55,048 bases of DNA from an uncultured Rickettsiales bacterium (GCA_964476705.1 CAYZBM010000003.1:1-55048), one strand, 5' to 3'. Shown: positions 1 through 8,662, numbered from the stretch's first letter. The notes: generated by a model from the sequence alone, not told the origin. Program-made: numbers and translations.

Positions 1-91
1 GAAGAAAAATGAACCAGTGTTCATTTTTCAGGATTTGTCTATAATACGACGGGCCTACCCTGAGTATTATAGACTACATATACGACTGGGA

Positions 92-122
92 AAAAAGTGT
101 TTTTTATAAAAAAACACTTTTT
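92..122. terminator. Bidirectional terminator-like hairpin (aaaaagtgttttt / aaaaacacttttt)
   Basis: Arms 92-104 and 110-122 are exact reverse complements, with an A-run on one side and a T-run on the other. The gene it serves lies outside the window. Confidence 0.45.
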
Positions 123-134
123 CACAACCGACTA

Positions 135-373
135 TATAGTATTTCATGATTGAAATGACCTATGTTATGGATCCTTCAGCAAAACATAAATGGTATTATA
201 AGCATATGTTTTTTCAGGATATCTAGCATCATAGAAATAATTTAATAATTATTGATTACAGGTAAATTATTTCTTGATCTACTATAGATCCCAGAATAAA
301 TCCGGGATATGTAGCATCATAGTAATGATTTATGTAAGTAATTAAAGTGGAAAATCATTGCTTGATCTACTAT
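135..373 (+). repeat. Modular palindromic repeat, composite copy: A module + H2 (135-286) followed directly by an S module (287-373)
   Basis: Starts TATAGTATTTCATGATTGAAATGA. H1 hairpin runs GGATCC..AAAACATA..TATGTTTT..CAGGAT. H2 inner stem is AGAAATAATTT/AAATTATTTCT and ends CTACTATA at 286. Then GATCCCAGAATAAATCCGGGATAT plus a second H2 ending CTACTAT at 373. Near-identical to 38440-38590. Confidence 0.9.
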
Positions 374-378
374 GTTTA

Positions 379-561
379 CTAACTCATCCAATTATCATTT
401 ACTTTCCTGCGAACGCAAGGAGCTTTCTGGCTAGTGTTTTTCCCGTTATCGTCAGCAGCCACGCACGGACTTTTAAGTTCGTATTTTTTTTCAGTATCTT
501 CGGCATAGCAGCCGCTTAAAAAACTGATGGCAAATAACATGCAAATTGTTAGAAATTTCAT
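379..561 (-). CDS. Small (60 aa) Cys-containing lipoprotein, function unknown
   Basis: N-terminal signal with lipobox FLSGC. The mature ~40-aa peptide has two further Cys (SPCV, APCV) and ends RRKVNDNW. Confidence 0.55.
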   Translation of the reverse strand: MKFLTICMLFAISFLSGCYAEDTEKKYELKSPCVAADDNGKNTSQKAPCVRRKVNDNWMS

Positions 562-758
562 TTTTATATACCTGATTTTAGGTTTTTAACTTGTCCTAAG
601 AAGTATTATAATCAGAAAATAATCTTGAGTCCAAAGTTAAATGTAAAAAAATAATATAAAATTATCGATCATTGTTATTGTAAGAGTAATTTATAATTGT
701 ATAATCTCTAGCCTCTTACAAATGTTATTAAAAATATATTAAAGTATAAATAAAAGTT

Positions 759-3539
759 ATGCCTGAAGCAAATCAAGAAGTAGTCTCTATAGTTAAAGAA
801 ATGCGTGAATCTTATTTAGATTACGCGATGAGTGTTATTGTTAGTAGGGCAATACCAGATGTTTGTGATGGTTTAAAGCCAGTTCATCGGCGGATATTAT
901 TTTCGATGAATGAAACAGGCTGTGATTTTAATAAGCCATACCGAAAGTCGGCACGTATAGTAGGTGAGGTGATGGGTAAGTATCACCCGCATGGCGATGC
1001 AGCTATTTATCAATCTTTAGTCAGAATGGCGCAGAGTTTTTCGATGCGAGTTCCGCTGATTGACGGGCAAGGAAATTTTGGTTCGATGGATGGCGATTCT
1101 CCGGCGGCTATGCGTTATACTGAGTCACGTATGGCTAAAATAGCCCATACTTTACTTGATGATATTGATAAAGAGACGGTTGATTTTCAAGAAAATTATG
1201 ATGGTTCAGAAGTAGAGCCAAAAGTGTTGCCAGCACGTTTTCCTAATTTGCTAGTAAATGGTGGTGGTGGTATCGCAGTTGGTATGGCGACTAATATTCC
1301 GCCACATAATTTAGGGGAAATTATTGATGCCTTATTGTTATATTTAGAAAATAATGATGTAACTGATGAAGAATTAATCCGGATAGTTCCAGGTCCAGAC
1401 TTTCCAACAGGCGGAGTTATTTTAGGTAGGTCTGGTTCAACAAGTGCCTTAAGAACTGGACGTGGCTCTGTAGTTATGCGCGCTAAATATCATATAGAAG
1501 AGTTAAAAAATAGATCAGCAATAATATTTACCGAAATCCCTTATCAAGTAAATAAAGCCTTAGTTGTTGAAAAAATTGGTGAATTAGTTCGCGAGAAAAA
1601 GATTGAAGGCATTGCCGAAATGCGTGATGAGTCTGATAAAGATGGAGTAAGAATAGTTATTGAAGTTAAGCGTGATGCGGTAATTGATGTTTTGGTTAAT
1701 CAATTATTTAGTTATACCCAATTACAAACTTCTTTTAGTGTAAATATGTTGGCGCTGGATGCTGGTATTCCGCGTTTGATGAATTTAAAGCAGGTGCTTG
1801 CTGCCTTTGCAGTTTTTAGAGAAACAGTTATAACTAAAAGAACGGCTTATCTTTTAAATAAAACTCGTAACAGGGCCCATGTTTTAATAGGTTTATCTAT
1901 AGCAGTTGCTAATATTGATGAGGTTATTGCGGTAATTCGTAGTGCGCCAGATCCAAATACGGCTAAAGATTTATTAATGGAAAAAGCTTGGATTGCTGAC
2001 AATGTTAATGTTCTAATTAATTTAGTTGATGATAGCAGAAATAAAATAGTAAATGGCAAATGTTACTTTACTGAGACGCAAGCTAAGGCAATTCTTGAGA
2101 TGAAACTTTCTAGACTTACAGGTTTAGAGCAAGGAAAAATTAGTGCTGAGCTAGAAGAATTAGCCATCCACATTAAAGATTATCTTGATATATTACATTC
2201 ACGCAAAAGAGTTATTGATATTATTTGTTCTGAGCTTAAGGCAATAAGAGAAGAATTTGCAACTCCTCGAATGACAGAATTTTCTGAAAGCGAATTAGAT
2301 ACTGATATGGAAGATTTAATCCCGGTTGAAGATATGGTGGTAACCGTTACTTCTGGTGGTTATATAAAAAGAGTTCCGCTTTCGACTTATAGAGCACAAA
2401 AACGTGGTGGTAAAGGCAGGTCAGGTCTATCGATGCATGATGAAGATATAACTACTAAAGTTTTTGTGGCGACAACTCATACTCCGGTGTTATTTTTCTC
2501 GACTAAAGGTAAAGTCTACAAACTTAAAGTCTATAAATTACCATTAGGGGCGCCTCAATCAAAAGGTCGCGCTTTAATTAATATTTTCCCGTTGGATGCT
2601 GATGAATCTATAAATGTAGTTATGCCACTTCCTGAAAATGAAAAAGAATGGGATAAAATGGGCATAATATTTGCAACTAACTCAGGAACGGTAAGACGTA
2701 ATGACCTTTCTGACTTTAAATCAATTCAAGCTAATGGCAAAATTGCAATGAAACTTGATGATGGTAGTAGGTTAGTTAGTATAAAAACTTGTTTAGAAAA
2801 TGATCATATTTTAATGAGTAGTAAAGATGGTAAATGTATAAGATTCCCAGTTACAGCAGTTAGAGAGTTTAAAAGTCGAGCTTCAACTGGAGTTAGGGCA
2901 ATAAAATTATCTGAGGGTAATGAGGTTGTTTCTATGGATATTTTGTCTGGAGTTGAGCTTCTAGATAATGAACTTAGGGATCAATATTTAAAAATCTCAG
3001 TTGCTTTAAGAATTTCTTTATCTGAAATTTTACATAAAATAGCTCACGAACAAGAAGAAAATAAAGCTAATTTCCAGCAACAAGTTGATGAGATTTTGGC
3101 AAAAATAGAAAGCACTTTAAGTAAAGAGAAAATTCTTGAGCTAGCAAAAACTGAAGAATTTATTCTTTCAATAACTGAAAATGGTTATGGTAAACGTAGT
3201 TCGGCTTATGAATATCGAGTTACTAATCGAGGCGGTACTGGTATTGTAAATATTATAACCTCTGAGCGAAATGGTAAGGTGGTTGCAAGTTATCGGGCTG
3301 ATGATGGTGATCAAGTTTTACTAATTACGACCAAAGGAAAGTTAATTAGATGCGCAGTTAATGAAATTAGAATTACTAGTCGTAGTGCGCAAGGTGTTAG
3401 AATCTTTAAGACTGCAGATGATGAAAAAGTTATTTCAGCAGCTAGTATCGAAGAGTCTGCTGAATCTAAAGAGGTTTTGGAGGTGAAGGAAACTGAGATA
3501 AGTTCTGATATTAATAGTGATGTTGGTACGGAAGAATAA
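759..3539 (+). CDS. gyrA: DNA gyrase subunit A
   Basis: 926 aa. Contains HPHGDAAIYQSLVRMAQ (QRDR region) and the catalytic Tyr context AAMRYTE. The C-terminal beta-pinwheel repeats carry an inserted helical segment. Confidence 0.97.
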   Translation: MPEANQEVVSIVKEMRESYLDYAMSVIVSRAIPDVCDGLKPVHRRILFSMNETGCDFNKPYRKSARIVGEVMGKYHPHGDAAIYQSLVRMAQSFSMRVPLIDGQGNFGSMDGDSPAAMRYTESRMAKIAHTLLDDIDKETVDFQENYDGSEVEPKVLPARFPNLLVNGGGGIAVGMATNIPPHNLGEIIDALLLYLENNDVTDEELIRIVPGPDFPTGGVILGRSGSTSALRTGRGSVVMRAKYHIEELKNRSAIIFTEIPYQVNKALVVEKIGELVREKKIEGIAEMRDESDKDGVRIVIEVKRDAVIDVLVNQLFSYTQLQTSFSVNMLALDAGIPRLMNLKQVLAAFAVFRETVITKRTAYLLNKTRNRAHVLIGLSIAVANIDEVIAVIRSAPDPNTAKDLLMEKAWIADNVNVLINLVDDSRNKIVNGKCYFTETQAKAILEMKLSRLTGLEQGKISAELEELAIHIKDYLDILHSRKRVIDIICSELKAIREEFATPRMTEFSESELDTDMEDLIPVEDMVVTVTSGGYIKRVPLSTYRAQKRGGKGRSGLSMHDEDITTKVFVATTHTPVLFFSTKGKVYKLKVYKLPLGAPQSKGRALINIFPLDADESINVVMPLPENEKEWDKMGIIFATNSGTVRRNDLSDFKSIQANGKIAMKLDDGSRLVSIKTCLENDHILMSSKDGKCIRFPVTAVREFKSRASTGVRAIKLSEGNEVVSMDILSGVELLDNELRDQYLKISVALRISLSEILHKIAHEQEENKANFQQQVDEILAKIESTLSKEKILELAKTEEFILSITENGYGKRSSAYEYRVTNRGGTGIVNIITSERNGKVVASYRADDGDQVLLITTKGKLIRCAVNEIRITSRSAQGVRIFKTADDEKVISAASIEESAESKEVLEVKETEISSDINSDVGTEE

Positions 3540-3567
3540 GGTTGAGTCGTTTTTTCTCTAAGTCGTC

Positions 3568-4110
3568 TTAAATTGGGTTTCTTAGAGAGAAAGGCTTAAA
3601 CTCCCGGATAGTTTTTTTGCACTCAATAGAGCAGCTGGTGTATAACTCAGGATTAACTTCAAAAAAATTATAATATTTTTTTTGCTGAATATAAAATATT
3701 CCCAATATATTATTTTTAACTATATTTGATTTATTGTGGGATATAGTAGATTTTGTTAGGACTTGAGCGATTTGTTTGGCTAGCGTTGCGTATTCTTTAG
3801 TATAAAATATTTTGTTGTTTTCTAGATCGTATTTTTCTATTAAATTATTTAATTCATTAGAAATTATATTTTTTATATTGGTAGGAATTTCAGAGATTTT
3901 TATATGATTTTCTTTTAAAGCTTCGGCTATACTTTTTCCTTCTAGTTTATGAATATCTATCCAAGAATTTTGATTTTTATCATTTTTATCTCTTAATAAT
4001 ATCCTAATTTTCCAATGTTTTCTGGTCGATAATAATATTTTTCTTACCAAAAAATGTTGGTTGTGCTCAATATTGGCGTAAGGAAAGCCTAATAATTGTA
4101 ATATTTTCAT
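3568..4110 (-). CDS. Hypothetical protein (180 aa), Lys/Asn/Ile-rich
   Basis: Uninterrupted ORF in AT-rich DNA between gyrA and a repeat copy. No motif recognised. Confidence 0.5.
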   Translation of the reverse strand: MKILQLLGFPYANIEHNQHFLVRKILLSTRKHWKIRILLRDKNDKNQNSWIDIHKLEGKSIAEALKENHIKISEIPTNIKNIISNELNNLIEKYDLENNKIFYTKEYATLAKQIAQVLTKSTISHNKSNIVKNNILGIFYIQQKKYYNFFEVNPELYTSCSIECKKTIREFKPFSLRNPI

Positions 4111-4245
4111 CTATTATATTAGTTAATATTAATATGTAGTAATTTAAAAGGTTAATCTATTAATTTTTATTATATTAAATCATCCTTAAGAAAGGGTTAA
4201 TTGTATATTCGAAGCTTATTTGCTGGATTTTGGCTTCTGATATTA

Positions 4246-4399
4246 TATAGTATTTCATTAATTGAAATGAATGTATTTTTGGATCCCGAATAAAACATAA
4301 AATAGTATTATAAGGATATGTTTTTTCAGGATATGTAGCATTATAAAAATGATTGATGATATATGTATTTTACTGTCAATCATTTTTTAATCTACTATA
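4246..4399 (+). repeat. Modular palindromic repeat, A + H2 copy
   Basis: TATAGTATTTCATTAATTGAAATGA...GGATCCCGAATAAAACATA...TATGTTTTTTCAGGATAT...H2 inner stem AAAAATGATTG/CAATCATTTTT...AATCTACTATA. Confidence 0.9.
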
Positions 4400-4454
4400 T
4401 ATTGATTATTGCAGATTGCGTTTTAAAATAGATTAGCTTAAACAAGGAGCTTTT

Positions 4455-4946
4455 ATGCGTATAGGAGTCTATGCTGGAACTTTTGATCCTATAACTATGG
4501 GGCATGTGGATATTATAAAAAGAGCAGCAAAAATAGTAGATAAATTAATTATTGGGGTAGCCCAAGATTCGGTTAAAATACCTCTTTTTTCCCTAAATGA
4601 GCGTATCGAGATGGTTAAGCATGATGTGGCTGGTCTACATTCTTTAGGAGCTGATTTGCATGTGGAGGGGTTCTCTGGATTGTTGGTTAAATTTGCTAAG
4701 GATCATAATGCAACTTTACTTATCAGGGGTTTGCGGGCTGTATCTGATTTTGAATATGAGTTTCAAATGGCGGGAATGAATAGTAAATTGGCGACTAATT
4801 TAGAGACAGTTTTTTTACCAGCTACTGAAAGTACGCACTTTATTGCCTCTCGTTTCGTGAAAGAGGTGGTAAGGTTAGGAGGAGATATAAAGGGTTTGGT
4901 TTCTGGGTATGTAGCGGATAAATTGCAAAATAAGTATAATAACTGA
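4455..4946 (+). CDS. coaD: Phosphopantetheine adenylyltransferase
   Basis: GTFDPITMGHVDIIKRA nucleotidyltransferase motif; 163 aa; RBS AAGGAG upstream. Confidence 0.95.
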   Translation: MRIGVYAGTFDPITMGHVDIIKRAAKIVDKLIIGVAQDSVKIPLFSLNERIEMVKHDVAGLHSLGADLHVEGFSGLLVKFAKDHNATLLIRGLRAVSDFEYEFQMAGMNSKLATNLETVFLPATESTHFIASRFVKEVVRLGGDIKGLVSGYVADKLQNKYNN

Positions 4947-5064
4947 TTTTAGCTATTGTGCTAAAAATAATCCGATTAAGGCTTTTAACGCATTTTTATG
5001 TCAATTAAGAGTTTTTCTGTTGGCTTAAGTGCAGTCTATTTTTAAAAATATAAATTTGGAACTT

Positions 5065-5637
5065 ATGGGTAAAAGAACTTCTAAAAATGAGACTAATTCA
5101 AATAAAATTAACTGGAATGGTGTTGTTATTCTTGGTCTTTTGCTGGGTAATATGTCTGTAGTTATAGCTGCACAAACTGCTCAAAAACAAAAAACTACTC
5201 AAGAATTGGTAGAGGATGAAATATCTACGCTTAGAAGCGAGATAAATCAAGAACAAGCTGCTATAATAGAAGAGCTAAAAAAATATCGTCAGCAGATTGA
5301 AAATCTAAGACGCGAAAAGTCTGATCCTGCTATAATAAATCAGCTTGAAAATGGCGCAGATAAGGTTGAAGCTAAGTTGGTAGCCCAAACAGAAATGGCT
5401 AAACAAAGAGAACAGCGGATTCGTCAAAAATTAGAAAAAGGCGTGGATATGCAAAAAGGAGTTTTGTATAACTATTACAAAGAGAGAAATGGTTTAAAAG
5501 ACGAACGTGAGGAATATAACGATAATCAGCGCTACTCTAGGGGAGTAAATGAAAATAAATCTAGTTCATTAAGTAGAGCTAATGCAACGAGTTTAAGAAT
5601 GAGTAGAAGAAATAATTCTGCTTCAGCTGGACGTTAA
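5065..5637 (+). CDS. Hypothetical membrane-anchored coiled-coil protein
   Basis: The ORF track starts at GTG 5029; the first ATG is at 5065 (MGKRTSKNE). One N-terminal hydrophobic helix (VVILGLLLGNMSVVIAA), then Glu/Gln/Lys-rich heptad-like sequence, then an Arg/Ser-rich C-terminus. Confidence 0.6.
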   Translation: MGKRTSKNETNSNKINWNGVVILGLLLGNMSVVIAAQTAQKQKTTQELVEDEISTLRSEINQEQAAIIEELKKYRQQIENLRREKSDPAIINQLENGADKVEAKLVAQTEMAKQREQRIRQKLEKGVDMQKGVLYNYYKERNGLKDEREEYNDNQRYSRGVNENKSSSLSRANATSLRMSRRNNSASAGR

Positions 5638-5814
5638 TAAATATATTATCTTAATTTGCTTGCTTCTTGTCTTCGATTAATCTTAAGTTGGCTATAGATA
5701 AAAGCTTTTAAGGGGGGGCTCGCCTTGTATTTAAGCTTATCTATGGACTATTAAGGTTAAATTTTAGAGGGTTGGATAGCTGTTAATATCTTGTGAAGAA
5801 AAAATATAATTTTG

Positions 5815-5843
5815 TTGACAAGCCTGAGCTTGGTCACTATTCT
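5815..5843 (+). promoter_or_regulatory. Sigma70-type promoter for rplU-rpmA
   Basis: TTGACA (5815-5820), 17-nt spacer, TATTCT (5838-5843), then the C-rich tract TCGCCCTCC. Confidence 0.5.
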
Positions 5844-5903
5844 TCGCCCTCCTTTTAGAGTTTTAAAGGGTTATTTTAGATATTTTACAAAGAGAAATGA
5901 AGT

Positions 5904-6440
5904 ATGTACGCTATATTTAAGTCTGGTGGCAAGCAATATAAGGTTGAAGAAAATACAGTAGTTAAGCTAGAAAAGCTTGATGGTAAAGAAGGTGAGATAA
6001 TAAAGCTGAGTAGTGTTTTAGCTTTATCTGGTGAAAAAGGCCTTACTGTAGGATCACCTTTTATCGAATCAGCCGTTGTTAGTGCTGAAGTTTTAAAACA
6101 AACTAAAGATGAGAAAGTTATCATCTTTAAGAAAAAACGTCGTCAAAATTATAGAAGAAAAAGAGGCCATAGACAAGAGATTACTATTGTACGTATTCTT
6201 GATGTTAGTGGTAAAGGTGAAGCTAAGACTTTTACTAAAGAGCCTAAAAAAATAGTAGCTGAGCAAGTACAAGATGCTAATGTTGCTGAAAATGCGGCAA
6301 CTACGACTGATGTAAAAACAGAAGTTAAAGCTAAAGCTAAAAAAGCAGCTCCAGCTAAAGAAGTTAAAGCTAAAGTTGAAACTAAGCCTAAAGCTGAAAA
6401 AGCAACTAAAGCTAAAACTGCTAAAAAAGCAGCTGAATAA
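5904..6440 (+). CDS. rplU: 50S ribosomal protein L21 with Lys/Ala-rich C-terminal extension
   Basis: MYAIFKSGGKQYKV start. The ~100-aa L21 core is followed by ~75 aa of AKAKKAAPAKEVKAK-type repeats. Confidence 0.95.
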   Translation: MYAIFKSGGKQYKVEENTVVKLEKLDGKEGEIIKLSSVLALSGEKGLTVGSPFIESAVVSAEVLKQTKDEKVIIFKKKRRQNYRRKRGHRQEITIVRILDVSGKGEAKTFTKEPKKIVAEQVQDANVAENAATTTDVKTEVKAKAKKAAPAKEVKAKVETKPKAEKATKAKTAKKAAE

Positions 6441-6486
6441 TAACTATAGTAAATAAAAATATAATAAAATTTAAGCGAGTTTTAAT

Positions 6487-6732
6487 ATGGCACATAAGAA
6501 GGCAGGTGGTAGTTCAAGAAACGGAAGAGATTCAGCAGGCCGTAGATTGGGCGTTAAAAAATTTGGTAATGAAAAAGTTATAGCTGGAAATATTATTGTT
6601 CGTCAACGTGGAACAAAATATTGTGCCGGTAAAAATGTTGGTATGGGTCGTGATCATACATTATTTGCCTTAGTGGAAGGGATAGTTACTTTCCATGTTT
6701 CTGGTCACAGACAATATGTTTCTGTAAATTAA
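6487..6732 (+). CDS. rpmA: 50S ribosomal protein L27
   Basis: [24 protein letters not shown] signature. Confidence 0.97.
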   Translation: MAHKKAGGSSRNGRDSAGRRLGVKKFGNEKVIAGNIIVRQRGTKYCAGKNVGMGRDHTLFALVEGIVTFHVSGHRQYVSVN

Positions 6733-6787
6733 TTCTTTTTGGTAATTTTCTCCAAAATAATTAATTTAAAAAAATATTATAATTATA

Positions 6788-6823
6788 AAAAGGGTGCGAG
6801 TTTCTTGTGCCCTTTGTTTTTTA
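6788..6823 (+). terminator. Rho-independent terminator after rpmA
   Basis: AAAGGGTGC...GTGCCCTTT stem (with G-T wobbles) followed by TGTTTTTT. Confidence 0.55.
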
Positions 6824-6846
6824 TTTAAAGGGTCTGGCATTAAATT

Positions 6847-7863
6847 ATGCAATTTATCGATGAAGCAAAGATTTTTATTCGCAGTGGCTATGGCGGCAAT
6901 GGTTGTGTAAGCTTTCGCCGTGAGGCTAATGTTCCGCGTGGTGGTCCTGATGGTGGCGATGGCGGTAAAGGTGGCGATATTATATTTGAATGTGTTGCTG
7001 GATTAAATACCCTTATTGATTTTAGATATAGTCAGCATTTTAAAGCTTCGCGTGGTGAAGGTGGAATGGGGCAAAATCGTCATGGTAAGAATGCTGAAGA
7101 TTTAATTATAAAAGTACCGGCTGGTACCCAAATTTTTGATGAAGAAAGTGATAGTCTAATTGCGGATATTACTGAAATAGGTCAGAAAGTAATTCTATGT
7201 AAGGGCGGTCGTGGTGGTGTAGGTAATGCCCATTTTAAAAGTTCAATTAATCAGGCGCCAAAATTTGCGCAATCTGGTGAACCTGGCGAAGAAATGTGGA
7301 TTTGGTTAAAATTAAAATTATTATCTGATGCGGGGTTGATAGGGTTGCCTAATGCTGGAAAATCAACCTTTTTAAGTGTAGTATCGAGAGCTAAACCAAA
7401 AATAGCTGATTATCCTTTTACGACGTTAAAGCCGCAGCTAGGAGTGGTGTATGTTGATGAGAAGGAGTTTACCTTAGCTGATTTACCTGGTTTAATTAAA
7501 GGTGCGCATGAAGGTGTGGGGCTCGGGGTTAGATTTTTAAAGCATGTTGAAAGATGTGGGGTTAATATTCATTTAATCGATGCTTCATCTGAGAATGTGG
7601 TAGAAAGTTATGAAATAATCCGCGATGAGCTTGAAGGTTATGGACCTGAGCTTTCCTCGAAACCAGAAATTGTGGTTTTAAGTAAGGCAGATAGTGTTTC
7701 TGAAGATGAAATAAAGCAAAAAATTAAAGCTTTAAAAAAACTTAAAATTAAGAAAATAATGGTTATTTCTGCGGTAACGCATCAGGGGGTAACTGAGCTT
7801 TTACGTGAGGTTATGGCGGAAATTATAAGTTATAGAAGTAAAGATCGGGTAGCATCTAGCTAG
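6847..7863 (+). CDS. obg: GTPase Obg/CgtA
   Basis: Gly-rich Obg fold (GGPDGGDGGKGGD), G1 motif GLPNAGKST, DLPG. Confidence 0.96.
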   Translation: MQFIDEAKIFIRSGYGGNGCVSFRREANVPRGGPDGGDGGKGGDIIFECVAGLNTLIDFRYSQHFKASRGEGGMGQNRHGKNAEDLIIKVPAGTQIFDEESDSLIADITEIGQKVILCKGGRGGVGNAHFKSSINQAPKFAQSGEPGEEMWIWLKLKLLSDAGLIGLPNAGKSTFLSVVSRAKPKIADYPFTTLKPQLGVVYVDEKEFTLADLPGLIKGAHEGVGLGVRFLKHVERCGVNIHLIDASSENVVESYEIIRDELEGYGPELSSKPEIVVLSKADSVSEDEIKQKIKALKKLKIKKIMVISAVTHQGVTELLREVMAEIISYRSKDRVASS

Positions 7864-7907
7864 TCTTTGGTGATTTTTTAATAAAAGAAAAAAAATTGAA
7901 AATAACT

Positions 7908-7936
7908 TTGACCAATATAATAACTTATGCTATGTT
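7908..7936 (+). promoter_or_regulatory. Sigma70-type promoter for the rpsP-rimM-trmD-rplS operon
   Basis: TTGACC (7908-7913), 17-nt spacer, TATGTT (7931-7936), then the C-rich tract CCCGCCTC. Leader to the rpsP ATG is ~220 nt. Confidence 0.45.
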
Positions 7937-8156
7937 CCCGCCTCTTTTCCTGGTAAGGGGTTATTAAAAATTAATTCTTTTTGGTAATTTTGTTGTTAAA
8001 GCTTATTTAGGCTGTCCTCACGTATGAAGAATATGTTGCGGTATTTTAAATAATATTTGCCTAAAAATTCTACAAAAATAATTCAATTTTTAAGAATCCT
8101 AAATAGTTTATGCTTGGAAGAAATAGAATGTTTAATTTGTATAGGAATAATTAATT

Positions 8157-8525
8157 ATGGCAACACGTATTCGCTTAGCAAGAGGTGGTACTAAAAAACG
8201 TCCTTATTATCGTATAGTTATTACGGATGCACGTTCTCCACGCGATGGAAAATTTATTGAAAAAGTTGGTACTTATAATCCACTAGCTTCTGAAGAAGCA
8301 GGTACTAAAATTAAATTAAAAGAAGATCGGATTAAATATTGGCTTGGTCAAGGTGCTTCTCCAAGTGAGAGAGTAGAGCGCTTTTTGGTAGCGGCTAATT
8401 TATTTACCCGTTCAAAAACTAGAGAAAAAATTCTTGATTTTAGAGCTAAAAAAGCGGCTGCTGATAAATTGAAAAAACAGCAAGCTGAAGAGCAGAAAAA
8501 AGCAGAAGAAGCTGCTGCTTCTTAG
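8157..8525 (+). CDS. rpsP: 30S ribosomal protein S16 (with Lys/Ala/Glu-rich C-terminal tail)
   Basis: [21 protein letters not shown] signature. Confidence 0.96.
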   Translation: MATRIRLARGGTKKRPYYRIVITDARSPRDGKFIEKVGTYNPLASEEAGTKIKLKEDRIKYWLGQGASPSERVERFLVAANLFTRSKTREKILDFRAKKAAADKLKKQQAEEQKKAEEAAAS

Positions 8526-8581
8526 AGCCTTAAGCTTAGAAGAATTTAGCAGTTTATCCTAACTGTTTAATGTTATAGAAT

Positions 8582-8624
8582 GAAGAAGAGGTGCTTTATG
8601 AAAAGGGACCTCTTCTTTTTTTTA
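8582..8624 (+). terminator. Hairpin + T-run (attenuator/terminator) between rpsP and rimM
   Basis: GAAGAAGAGGT / ACCTCTTCTT(C) arms followed by a T-run. Confidence 0.6.
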
Positions 8625-8662
8625 AAAGTCAGTTAAAAAATATTAATATAAAAGCAGAATAT

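Noticed and set aside
8591-8662. Upstream extensions of track ORFs for rimM (8591), rplS (9919), leuC (10515) and the T1SS ABC gene (42158)
   Set aside because: All of these extensions begin at non-ATG codons. They run through a terminator hairpin (rimM) or overlap the preceding gene (rplS). Internal ATGs reproduce the canonical N-termini (MDIESRI.., MAQNILEKF.., MVAKTLYQK..).
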